Below, piece after piece: positions 13,912 through 27,205 of a stretch of 64,000 nt of DNA (position 1 is its first letter; every line of letters starts with the position of its first letter). This stretch comes from Oikopleura dioica (Eukaryota > Animalia > Chordata): NCBI GenBank assembly GCA_907165135.1, contig OU015568.1, forward strand, positions 4,402,001-4,466,000. The letters are read 5' to 3'. The notes beneath the pieces were generated by a model. That model made no database searches. It worked only from the letters and a program-made list of their open reading frames with translations, and was not told where the DNA came from. A program made the translations under genes and the position numbers.

Positions 13912-16304
13912 ATGGATCGAGCAATCGAATTGAACAAGAGAATCTGTTCTTTGGTCGAGCTTCTGGGAGGCGAAGGGATTCCGATTGTTCTTGATCGAAT
14001 CGGCGGCGATTCCGGCCAAAAGAAAGCAGGTTTGCAAGAGGCTTCTGGAAGAGAGAAAAAGGACGAGACAAGTCAAGAATCTGATGAGTCTTATGAGTTG
14101 GAAAACGTATTGACGCATCCACAAGAACTGACAAGAGAAGTTGTTGAGAAATGGCTGGAAGAGTTTCTAAAGAAATTGAAGAGAAAAACGAGCAGAAATG
14201 ATTTGGAAAGGTTGATTTTGTCGATGGACAGAATGCAGTTTAAAGATAATCGTTGTGCTCACTGGGACGAGGTCAATTTCGAACATGGAAAAGGAAAGCT
14301 ATCTGGAGCAAACTATCGGGGAAACAAAGTTCAGGGAGAATGGAGAGTAACTCCATTCCAAAAAATGATTCTCGACAAAAATCCTGGCTTCGAAGGACGA
14401 AAAATTCAACGTTCGGAATTAAAAGAAGAAACCGGAGAATCGATTCTTGATGAATCTTTTCAGCAAATTTCAGCTGGAGGAGAAGCGATTGTTTTGAAAG
14501 AAAAATTCGGAGAATTGGAAGTTGCTGTTCGGGTTCAGGCGTTTGATCCCGCGTTGTTTACGGACAATGAAAAATTGGAGTTCAAAATTCATGTTTCAGA
14601 AGGTAATTTTTATTTCTTAATTTTTTTTTCAATATTTTTAAGAATACGAAATCGCCCAAAACAAGAAAAAAGACAACGCCCGAGTAATTCCTGTCCACAA
14701 AAACGTGATCAAGAATTTCTGCAACATCGAAGTCTCTTTGAGCAGCGACTTGGAAAAGAAAGACTGTGTTGGCTGGATTACGATTATGGAGAAATGCGAC
14801 TCGGATTTGAGAAGGAAATTGAAGAATAATGAGTTGAATTTGGGAGAAAGGAAGAAAATTGCGATTGGCGTCAAAGAGGGAAAAGATTATTTGCGTAAAA
14901 TTGGAATTTTTCATTTGGATGAGAAGCCGGAAAATATCCTTCTGAAAAATGGAGAAGCCAAATGGATCGATTTCAGCATTATTCACGAAATAACTGGACG
15001 AGAGAGTTATCGGGAGATGGGATACGCGAGGAGAGGAAGCAGATTTAGAAGATACATGTGTTTATGTAAGTTTTGAGCTTGTCGAAAAATTCTAGTGTTC
15101 TATCTCTTTTTTCGTAGATGCGGGGACTCCTGCCTTTTCTTTTGGCGCACAGATAGGCGGAACCTTCGGAAGATGTGTATCTCGTCCTCATATTTTGATT
15201 CTTTGCGAGTGGAAGACAGCCTGGACTCTTTTATTCAAACCAATTGAAGAAAAAGATAGAGAGATAGTCAAAAAAGAACTTGAGGTGAGTGTTTACTTTT
15301 TGTATAAAAAAATAATCTTTCTTAGACTTGCAATGCTGGCTGGCTCCCAAATAACGTTCCTTCAACCGAAGAAATCCAAAACTTGTCAAAAATCATTTCT
15401 CTTGAAACCGCGTCTTCTGATTTTTGCTTAGACGATCCGAATTTGACGAAATCAGCTGCAATGGCCAGTCTCAAACAAAAACTGACAAAAGAGATCAATT
15501 TCGACTTCAAAAACGTGACCAAGAATGTTTTAAACCAAAAAGAAAGCAATCTCTGTGTACCCATTTCAGTTTCGGTGCTTTTGAGATGGACACTCAAAAA
15601 TGATTTGGGAATTGATGATTCTGAAATGGTAAGATTTTTTACTCTCGAAAAAATCTTCACAAGACTGACAATGCTGATTTATCCGCGGAGTTTGGCTGGC
15701 TTCAATCTCAACCCAAAATTCGAAGAACAAAAATTTCAAACGAACGAAATTGAAATGCTTCTCAGAAGATTGAAGTTCAGGACTTTTTTGAGTAGAAGTG
15801 GATGGGATATTATCAGAGAAAACTCAAGCGACTACTCGATAAATGCCAGTGGACGGCAAATTAATAAAAAAGAGACAAACATCGACTCGATAAATGCCAA
15901 TTTTGATTTCGAGAAAAGTAAAAATTCAAAGCTAAAAATCAAATTAAATTAAATATTCAGTCCTCCTCCACGGCAACTTCGTCTTCTCCCGTCCCCTAAC
16001 CGTCACCGGCGTCTATCTAAATCCGGACTCTTCAATGATTTTCCACCAAATGGTGCTGGACCGAATCGAAAACTCCGAATTCATTCTCCAAAACACGCTC
16101 ATCGACCATTCCGGCTCTCAAATCAGAATTCCAGTTTCAAGAAAATACTACGCCGTTTACGAAATGATGAAAGACTGCTACTATTGCTACAACGATTATG
16201 TGTTTTATGGAGACAACAACAAGTTTCTTGAGTTAGTTAACGAAAATTCAACATGGAAACAGAAAAATGGTATCTTCTACCGCAAGCTTATTCAATTACT
16301 CTGA
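13912..16304 (+). CDS. Protein kinase-like domain fused to a C-terminal papain-like (clan CA) cysteine-protease-like domain, 5 exons, ~740 aa
   Basis: Four GT-AG introns (~14603-14643, 15067-15117, ~15285-15326, ~15920-15960) join the ORFs in frame. Kinase motifs SAGGEAIV, VAVR, HLDEKPENILL, WIDFS, YAGTPAF. Protease-like motifs NQKESNLC and FHQMVLD...ILQNT. Confidence 0.75.
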
Positions 16305-16524
16305 CGAGAACTCGATGACTGAAAAACATTCCTTTATTACGAACACGTGATCGTGAAAATAAAAATTGTGAAAATAATTTTCATTTTCTTATAATTTTGC
16401 AGTAGACTATTACTAGAGCGGCGACGAGACAGCTCCTGTCCAGAAACCAACCAGAGCAAAAACAGCTATTTTGTTTTGTTTTATTATCGATGTACACTGT
16501 ACAGTTTGAAGAGATTGTGGCAGG

Positions 16525-17007
16525 CATAGTCGGGGTGCGCGTGCGTGCGTGTTTTCGCACGCGCACGCACTCGCACGCAAGATTTTCAAATACTTGCGCA
16601 CGCGCACCCGGAGATAAAAAGAGCGCACGTGCGCGCACGCGTGCGAATAGGAAAAAAAAGGGTTTTTCTTCGAAATTTGGAGTTTTTTCTCCTTACTCGA
16701 AAATTTTGCGAATATCGAAGAGAAATCGTTTTTTGGTGTTTTTGAAGAGCCCTTGATAAGCTATTATAGGTATAAAGTGTTTATAAAACATTATTCATAA
16801 GAAAATTACTTGAAAAAACCTCAATTTTCGCCAAAAAAACTCGAAAATATACCTTGAAAAATACGCACGCGTGTTCGCGCGTGCGCGCGCACGCACGCGC
16901 ACTCCTCTTTTTTAAAGCGCACGCGCACACACGCGCACGCGGATTTCGAGAAAAATTCGCACCCGCACGCACGCGCACGCGAGTTTCGGGTGTTTTTTCC
17001 AACTATG
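16525..17007. mobile_element. 483-bp MITE with 8-bp TSD (hAT- or P-like) and CGCA/GTGC-rich subterminal arms
   Basis: Begins CATAGT and ends ACTATG. GTGGCAGG is duplicated at 16517-16524 and 17008-17015. The arms are rich in GCGCACGC and GCGTGCGC units. Confidence 0.8.
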
Positions 17008-17059
17008 GTGGCAGGTGGTAGGACAAGTGAAAGAAGCAGATTTACAAAAAAAGGGCTAA

Positions 17060-18039
<980 letters not shown>

Positions 18040-20369
18040 GGGTCGGTGGTGAAGTCGGTTGGGGAGCCGGAGTCGTAGTGGACGGTCGAGGGGACGGTGA
18101 TGTAGGTCGGCTGGGATTGGTAAAGAGTCTCGGGATTGTAAGTTGGCACCTAGAAAAAGGTATTTGAAAACAATAAATGTTTAATAAAACTGATATTTGC
18201 TATATTTTCGAAGAGAACGGGAGCTCTGATTGAAATACTAAATAAGAAAAAAGAAGGAAAAAGCAAAAACAGAAATATGATTACCTGAGTAGTTGAATAA
18301 GGCGAATATGTCTGGAAGTATCTGCTGACTTCCGAAATCGCTGGGTCGGAGTGGTAGAGCGTGTGTGAAACTGAATGCGCTTGGGTGGCGATTTCTTGCT
18401 GGGGATGATTCCATGGCGCGGGTGGTGGAGGAGGATGAGGAGAGGACGTTGCAGTTACGCCTCCTTGCTTGCCCATTCGCTCTCTCCAGGCAACATGAGC
18501 TGCGTAGGATCCTGAAAGTAAACGTTAACGTGTCGTTTGGACGTTCGAGATATTTTTGAGTGTATTTACCTGGAACAGGTTCTCCTCCTTGTTCGTAAGT
18601 GTTGTGCACTTTCGCGTTTCGACCGTTGTTTCTGAAGCCCTTGGCGAATGGATTTCTGTTGATCTTCAACTTCGTGATCGCCTGGTTCTGGTACGCCGTG
18701 ACCGTGATGAACTGCGTCTCTCGGAAGGTGAATGTCGAGGTTGGGTAGGTGCTGATGTCGACGCCTCGGAGAGAATCTTCCTGGAAGGGAGCGCCTTCCG
18801 GAATCTGAAGGAGAAGGGTTGAAAAAAGCAGAGTTAGATTGAAATACCTCGACGACATGGACTCGGGGCTGGTACTTGTGCATCGAGTGAAGGATGATTT
18901 GACCCTTGGTGTCGTTCTCGTTGTTTGTCAATTTCAGCTTGTCGAAGTTAACCAGAGATCTAACGGAAGATTGGAGGTGATTTTGATATGAACAAATAGT
19001 TATGGGTATGGGTCCTGGATGGACTGTAATGTGTGCTTAGGATTTTTCACTGTTAACACACTCAAAAAATTCAGACTTATTGCAAAATATAAGTAGTTAT
19101 GGTTTTCTAAATTCTTAAGTCAGTTCTAGTTCTCTCGATCTAGAGAGGAAAATGGATAGGATCGATGCGGATAGTACCGACAACTGAGTGCGCCCATAAA
19201 AGTGATACATAAACTACGGGTTACCTCATCCACTCAGATCCCTTCTGCGGCGATTCTGGATGAACATAGACTCGTTCGGGAAGACTCGTGTCTGCATTTC
19301 CAACTGAGACCCACTAAAAGAGACAAATTTAGTTTCGAAATCAAGGAAGAAGCAATTACCTTAGAGGAATTGTACACGTATCGGTAGCGACTGTCGTCAA
19401 CTGGAAGAATGTCGAGAATCATCGCGTATGTTTTCTGAGGATCGAGGCCATTCACGCTGACTTTCATTGAAGGAAACATTCGGCGGCCAACCTAAAACAA
19501 GTTGTGTTAGAAAAAATATCAGAAAAAATATTTTTTACCTTTGTGATAATCATTTCAGTTCCATATCTGTAGAAGGTCCTCCAGAGGTCTCTTTTGTCGA
19601 GGTCCATCGAGATTCCATCCACGATTTCCGGCCCATTCGAGGAGCTGATGTAGGCGATTGAAGCCATGTCAGGGTGCGCGGACTGGGTATTGTCGGATTC
19701 TTTTTGCTCCTTTCGCTCTTCGGCTTCCTCGGAGTCTAAAATAAAAAGTTAATTATAGCAAGAAAACTAGAACTTCTAGTCTAGAAGAATAAGGCTTCTT
19801 CAATCTAGCAATAATAATGAGCACAAATAATGAAAGAAGTCCCCCAATTTCAAAGTTGTTTAAAAGAGAAATTTCTTTTGCTAAGAATTCTAGATTTGAT
19901 GAAAGAAAAAAAAGATTCTTTCAAATGAGAATTTTCAATTCTTAAAACTTACCTTCAGAACTTGACCGATCCGGCGTCGGATAGACTGTCTGGTAGACTT
20001 GGCTCGCATCTGTCGCCTCTGTCGTCTGATAGACCTGCTGTGTCGTGTAGTACGTATGATACGTGGTCGCTTCTTGAGTCGCATTTTCTGAGCTTGCGTA
20101 TGCTTCTGTCTCTGTTGGCTGAATTGTCTCTTGCTGATGGTGCGTTGGCCAAGCTCTCTGGTCTGGTTCGAGGGACTCGAGTGTTATCTCATGGCTGTCA
20201 GGCGAGCTGGAGCTGTGAGCAGAATGGCCGTCCATTTTTTATCTTTTTGTTGAAAATTAAAAAACTAGCTCTTTCTGGCTGTTAACTTGCAAGGTTGTGA
20301 AATTTTCGCGATTCGCAACTTTTGTTCTAGACCGTTTTAAGGTGCAAAGCCAGGCTCTTGTAGGAGGCG

Positions 20370-20560
20370 CATTATGCGTCAGCCCAGGTGGCGTGCTCCC
20401 TCGCGCGCCCGACTCGGCGGGTGCCCAAACATGCACGCAAGCGATAGCGATACAAAACTAAGGCCAGCAGGCGGGGACGAGCAACTGATTGCGACCGCTT
20501 TGATATGCCGGAGGTGCAAGCAACTGTGCGCGAGGATCACTTTCTCGCTAAAGTTGCAAG
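20370..20560. promoter_or_regulatory. GC-rich block upstream of the T-box gene (promoter/enhancer candidate)
   Basis: CpG-rich island in an AT-rich background, 130-330 bp 5' of the T-box ATG. Contains CAGGTG, TGCGTCA and CTTTGAT motifs. Confidence 0.4.
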
Positions 20561-21225
20561 TTGTTTGAAACTACCTGTTATTTTTATTTAAAAAATCATT
20601 CAAGATTATCATAATCATTTTGAACATCTCGTTCATATTTAGAAATAATAAAATTATCGTTGCTATAGAAGTAAAATACTTATTAATGGGAAAAAATTTT
20701 GTAATTGACACTTTTAAGGGGGGCTGGACGATTTCGGAAATCTTTCGACCAAAAGTGTGGCTAAAATATCCAAAAGGAAGGTTATCCTAATTTGAAAAAA
20801 TAACTTATAGAATATATTTCCCACATCTAAGCAACTCAGAATTAGAAAATCAAAGACCACAAGATTGCCATTGATCAAAATTTTTAGAGACTAGATAAGT
20901 ATAAAACTTTTGGTTTTCCTTCAGTAGTCGGGCGCATGTTCAAAATGTCCCAAGATACGCTGACCCGTGTAAAAAGCGCTAATCCTCCTTCAAATTACCA
21001 AAATTATTTATAACCTTGCCCGAGCCCGGTTCTTCTCCGGGGTCAGCTTCCTTAATCCAGGTCACCTGACTTAGCGCTCGCAAAATTTTTGTCCTCACGA
21101 AAATATAAATTCATATTTCAGGGCAGCATTTCAGTTTATTATTGGGCAATAATAAAAGTATAAATATTTGGCTCAGGTAAAAATAGTATCAAAGTTGGAA
21201 CAGAAAAAAGTGATTGGGAAGGGAG

Positions 21226-24200
21226 CTAAATTCTAGTTCCTCTTCGTTTTCTTCTCATTGCAGCGCCGTTTTCAAGAAGGACCAGGAATTTGAGATCAGT
21301 TTCTGGATCGTGAATGCATCGACCGAGCAGTTCCAAGTAGCTCAGGTTTTCATCAGTATTCGGGTCGAAAAAGCCCTAGAATTTATTTCAAGAAAAGGTA
21401 AAAAGTGAAGACCAACCTTGGTATCGTCCGTCGGGTCTTCCAAAATTTGATTCATTCGTTGGTCAAAAAGTCCTCTTTGATAAGCAGCGCTGATTGGCAC
21501 TCGATGTCCTGCTTGGGGATCGATCAATCCTCCGGTGGCGATTTGAGCTTCCAGAAGTCTAGCGAATAGATCTCAGAAAATGATATCAAATGCGTTTCTT
21601 ACCTCAGGCCTCTGGATTCAACGACCAGTCCCCGCTTCATCGCTGCGAAAAGAGATAATCTCTGGCCGTTTCCATTTACGTCGACGGTTACGAAGCCTCT
21701 GAAAATGACGATCGGTTCAGTAACAGGTTAAAAAATAACCTGCAAGCGCGTTCTGCTCTTCTAACTGTATCTAACTGATAGTCAAGGATTAACCCTTCAT
21801 CCAAGGCTTCAATCGCGTTGTACATTTTAGAGGTTCTTGGGTCAATTATTCCTCCTGTCGCCGCCTCAATTGTCCGTCAGAACTCGCCAAAGAAAAAAGG
21901 AGGTACCTGAGCTTCAAGAAGTTCCAGTCCAGTTCCTCGGAGCAGGAGGCCCACTTCGACGGCTTCGGAGATGGTGAGAACCTGATCATCTTGCGCGTTG
22001 TAAACTCCGGCGATGGCGCTAGAGCCTGAAAAGGAGTGTTCATGATAATAAGTGGCGAAAAGAGCCACCTTAAAAGATTCAAAAGCTTTGTGTTTGAGTT
22101 TTTCAAAGATAAGCTGATCGGCAAGGAAAAATATCCCGACAAAATTCTAGTTTTGAATTTTTATGGTTTTTTCTTGAAAAAATTTGTTGGGAAACTTTAC
22201 CTGCAAAAAGCCATCTGTAAAGATCTCTCTCAACTTCCGCATGAGTAATCTGCCCAGTAATTAGCTCTTCAGCTTCTACTGGTGTTATCAAGCCCGCATC
22301 AATTACTGACCGGAGGGATGTCTGAAATATCAATTTCTACAGCTGAAAAATCTTCATTCTTTAACCTTCATTCCGAAACCAGCATTGAAAGTAATTTCAT
22401 CCAAGGGGTCAAAATTCAGCTCTTCGTCTTCTCCAGTTTCTGTGTAAAGCTCTTAATAACTGTTAAAAAAGGGCATGTTCCAAAGCGATAATTTGAAAAA
22501 AGAGTGTCGTAAATAAAAAATAATCTTTTTTTCTCATGCATCTTGATTCAAAAAAGCAGCTTCAGAAAAAGAGAGCTAAGCAGTTTTACCTGGAACAGTG
22601 CCTGGCACTTTTAGGCTTGCCATTTTTCCTGATTTGAGTTTGATATAGATTTCATGAAGGATAAGTTATGATAGGGTACCTTGTTGGCGGTTGAACTCGA
22701 ATTCGGATGAGCTAAGGCTTCCATTGGAAAGGGCTTTGGTGAATTCATCCTCAGGCTTGCACTTTTTGTCGGTTTTATTTTTGATTGATCTTTCCAAAAA
22801 ATTGGATGATCTGGTCTCTCAAGTAAAGAAAACCCTGCCTGTAATTCGGAATATAGTGACCCAGAGCTGGTTGAAAAGTTATCAGGTTCTCTAGAATAGT
22901 TTGAGCGATGGAAATATAGTTTTAAACTTACGATGAGAAGTCTTGCTCCTGATCCCGCATCAGAGACCTCGTTTTTGCGAGTTTATCTTGATACGATTTC
23001 TAAATAAACAAAATCAGATCTGAAAGAAAAATGAAACTGTACCTTGCTGTCAGTAGGCGAAACTGGTCCAGGAGAAAATGCTTCTTCTGGCAATTCTTGA
23101 GCTTCAGAAACTGGAGCGAGCTCGCTCAACAGGCCCTCTGATGAAGACTCGACTTGATTTTCTAGCGATTGCAGATTGGAAACTTCAGCATTTTGAAGTT
23201 GGAGTGCTTCGATTTCGGCTTTTCCCGGGCTGATTTTGATTTGGCTTTTGATAATGAAGGGGGCTCCTTGGGGCTTGGTGGCTTCGAGATTTACTTGCTC
23301 GGAAATTGGTTCGACTTCTGGTTCGAGAACTAGCTCGGGTTCGAGTTGAAGCTCGGGCTCGAAGTCTGGCTCATCTTGAGGCTCGGGATGGATTGCTGGT
23401 TCGGGAAGAAGTTCTGGTTCAACTTGAAGCTCGTGCTCAATTTTCGGTTCGAGTTCGATTTCTGGTTCTAATTGGAGCTCGGGTTCGATTTTTTGATCTA
23501 GCTGAACCTCGGATTGGACTTCACTTTCGGGCTGGAAGGAAACTTGCTCCTGCTTTGGACTCACATCAACGACTATTGTTGTTTTTGGCTCGACCTCAAC
23601 AAGCTTTTCCAATTCTGGCTCAATCAGTTTTTCATCTTCATTTTGAAAGTTCCCGCTCGAGAAATCTTGAACAAAGCCGGAATCCAGTTCCAACTCAATT
23701 GTACTAAACGAACTCTCTGAGCTTGGAGAAAAAGCGACGTCCAGCATCGTGGTTCGAGCGATTTCATTCGCTATTGGAACCATTATCGGCATCGCTTCTG
23801 GCAGGGGCTCTTCTGGCTCGGAAACAGGGGAGGTAGAAGTAGACTTGAAGAATTTCTCGGCGAAATCTTCGCTTGAGAGGACTCGATTAAGACTGACTCC
23901 CTCGCTTGGTTCGTAATTGGTCACTGATGGTTTTCGCTCCCCACCCACTGTGATATCGACTGTGATCTTACTGTAAGTTGCTTCTTCAGAAATGACCTTT
24001 TCATTCGGGTTCCGTTTCGTATCAAACTCGGAACCGAAGAAGTTCAAAAGGAAATCATCTTTCTTCAATGGCGATTTTTTCTCTTCCTTGATTTCAGATT
24101 CTTGCTCTTTTTCTCCATATTTCGGCGCAGGCTTCGGAGCGGATTCCTGGACGGGTTTGCTGATGGCTTTAATTGATCCGTCACTCTTGAAGAATTTTTT

Positions 24201-24761
24201 CATGAAGTCCTCGTTGTTTGATTTGATTTTGCGAAGCCCAGATTCATCGTCAACCTGGAATGTCGAAAGAACCGATTCTCCCCCGGCGCGATTTCTTACA
24301 GTCCGGCTTGTTTCTAGCGCATTTTGACTCGAATTTTCGCTTTTCAAAGGTTCAAAAGACTGATAAACGGGTTAAAAAAACCTTTACTTATTTGTCTCCT
24401 TTTTTATTCAGAGAAAAAGAACCTTTCCCAAAGTACTTATGCAAATAAACATTTTGTTTTTTCTCGACTTTTGCAGTTTCTTCTGGCTCAATTCTTGGCT
24501 CATCAACCAGCGGCGCGGTTTTCTGCTCTCCATTCTCAATTTTCTTCGGCTCTGCCGACGATTTGAGCTGATTCCCGTTTGGCTTGATGAAGTTGAAATA
24601 AATGTAGTAGACGAGCGGGGCAGTACAAGCCGCGATGTAGAAGTAGTCGATGATCTAAAAAGGCAATTAGCGACGAGATACCCTTATTTTCAAAAAAAAA
24701 ATTTTTTTACCGAAAAGCCAGCTTCTTCATAAGCCACTATTTTCGCTACGTCTCTTTTCAT
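21226..24761 (-). CDS. Plakin repeat domain (plectin-repeat) protein with an acidic E/P-rich linker and a putative N-terminal TM segment
   Basis: C-terminal exons give [59 protein letters not shown] and [21 protein letters not shown], all plectin/desmoplakin PRD signatures. There is a 1.3-kb E/P-rich exon. The inferred first exons give [17 protein letters not shown]|[25 protein letters not shown]. Confidence 0.8.
23310..23510 (-). repeat. Coding 18-bp (6-aa) tandem repeat, EPELQL-like
   Basis: [30 protein letters not shown]...[18 protein letters not shown] within the large exon. Confidence 0.7.
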
Positions 24762-26201
24762 TTTTATGAATTATATTTTCCTAGCGCCGGGTGAAGAAGA
24801 AAAAAAAGGAAGAGCCCCCTTGTTTGAGTGATGCGCCCTGCGGTGGGTGAGGGAAATTGGGTAACAGATTATTTTTGTCGTCTTCTTACCCGTGAAGTTG
24901 AGCCTTGAGCGCGTCTTCTCCACAATTCAATTGGGTCATTTGTTGCTGAGCTTAGCAGCCTCTGACAAGTGCTAAAGGATCAATCAATTGAACGAGATTA
25001 TGCAATTTGTCAATTTACGCGGTACAATTTGTCAATTTCGCCTTGGCGTCTTTGAAAAATCCATTTTCAAGGAGCGCATTTAGAATTCTTCCGGGTCGGT
25101 GGAAAATATCACAAAGCAAGTTCCAGATCTTTTCGGCCGTCTTAAATATTTTAAAACAAAAAGAAACCCTTTTTTTCTGGAGAAGCCCTTATTTTTTGCC
25201 TTTTATCAATCCAAAAACACTTCAAAACCACAAAAAAAGGCAAAAAATAAGGGTTAAACCAATTTATGAAAGTGATTTTATTAATCAGGGTTCTGATTGG
25301 TCCGTTGGCCGAATACAGCAATCTTATTTGTTATCCTAAAATTCACTTTTATAAATTGGTTTAGTCCAAAAATATCGGATTTTCACTATATTTTTTTCTC
25401 TCTAGAATTTTGAAACTTACGCTTTCGAAAAAATCACTAATTCCCCCCATAATTCCCTATCTTCCAATTCAACTTTTTTAATTCTCGCAATATCTTTCTC
25501 TTTCTATTTTTCTTGAGCCATGACTGGGGATTAGATTTTCGAATCTGCGGGAAGGAATGGGTAAACTTTTTTTCAGAAACAGCTTTGCAACCTCACACAT
25601 TATAATTTTGAACATACGGTCTCGTCGTAGGGTAACATACAGGTGCATAATGCATTTCTTTGCCTACAGAATGAACAGTAATTAACTTCGATATTCGCTT
25701 ACTAGTTAATTTTTTTCCTACATATACCTTCGGCCATGAGAACCGCTGAAGCAGCAATTCATGAATTATTTCTTGTCCTTTCTGTTCTACCCCTGAACCG
25801 AGCATAATCTTTCACGGTCATCAGAGTTGTCTTCGGAGAAGTAATAATTAATAAAAAATCTGGTTATAAAAGGTCTTCGTTGTTTCGATCTTCGGATACC
25901 TGCTTTTTACAGTATGCTTTCACGATTTTTATTTCTGACTTTTTCTTTTTCCTCTTTTGCTTATTTGACCGGAGTTTCGCCTTTGCCCAAGATGACTTAC
26001 CTTCAAAAATTTTTCAGTGAAGTATTTCCTTGAATCATTTGTTGAGCAAAAAATTAAGGGAGGCTGGAAAAGAGCGATTATAAAGCCCTGAGAAATAAAT
26101 TTGTGATGCGAAATTTTGACTACCATGATTTGAACTAAAATCTGTCTCCATGAGTCTTTCTGTTTTTGAATAACTGTATTTTATTAATAAAATAACGAAA
26201 A

Positions 26202-26977
26202 TCAAACATCAGTGAAGCAAAGAGAATCATCTTTACTGCTCATCGTGCTCTTCTTGTGGTGCTTACTCAGCATTGGATTTCTCGACTCGTTTCCGGACTT
26301 AGAGGACTTTGTGGATTGCTCGTATTTGGAACAAGATACAGTGCTGAATGACTGAATCAATAAAATATTCCCTTTTGCGTTTTATGTACCTGAACGAGTT
26401 CGATTTCCAGTCGATGTCCGGCTTCACAACGATTCCAGTTGGCCAAAGATTCGAGTTGATTTCGGTTTTGGTGACGATGTCTTTTGATTTTCTTCGTTTC
26501 AGGAACCGCCAGACGCCGAGAATTATCGCAAGAATGATCAAAATCAGGACGAGAAGGGAACCAATGATGAGAATTTCCTAGATTAAGTATTTTAAAATGA
26601 CTTCGTGAGAAGTTTGGAATGAAAATTTGATGAGTTTTTTACCTTGGTAACATTTTTGCCCATTCTTATTGAGCATTCTTGTTGATCCTCGCGTGACTGT
26701 ATGACTGTCAGTGGGAGAGGTCGATCATAGCAGCACTAGAATAAAAGATAAGCCTTTTATCTAACTAGTTTCAAAATATATAAACATAGTTACTTACCAA
26801 CAGATTGTCCCTTAGCGGCGTCCTCGACTCAAATCTGTCCGCTGGAAAGGTCCTCTGAATTTGCTGATATCTGCTGGAAATACTGAAGCTGCTCTGACTC
26901 GGCACTGTAGATTCACCGATCCGGCGAAGAAAGCATTTGGTGGGTGCAACATCCTCAAAGTACTTTTTCGACGCCAT
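26202..26977 (-). CDS. Hypothetical single-pass membrane protein (4 exons inferred)
   Basis: Begins MASKKYFEDVAPTKC. TM segment ILIIGSLLVLILIILAIILGVW followed by RFLKRRK (positive-inside). GT-AG introns give an open frame to TGA at 26202-26204. Confidence 0.55.
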
Positions 26978-27205
26978 TTTTATTTTTTTCAAAATCTGAT
27001 GAGAGAAGCGGGCTGAGAAGCGAGTTTTATGCGGAGGGGATTTACCGGTTTCACGATGAAGGGAGATTTCTATGGGAACTGTTAATTGAGCTCTTTTCGC
27101 CAGAAAATGAATCATATTTTTTCTAGGTCAAAAAGGCATTAGCAAAAGTTTTTTCTAGAGCGATTATTTGGACATTTATATTGAATCAGTCTAAATGTCT
27201 TCAAG

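Noticed and set aside
23306-24327. Alternative-frame and antisense ORFs (133 aa, 111 aa and others)
   Set aside because: Shadows of the repetitive E/P-rich plakin exon.
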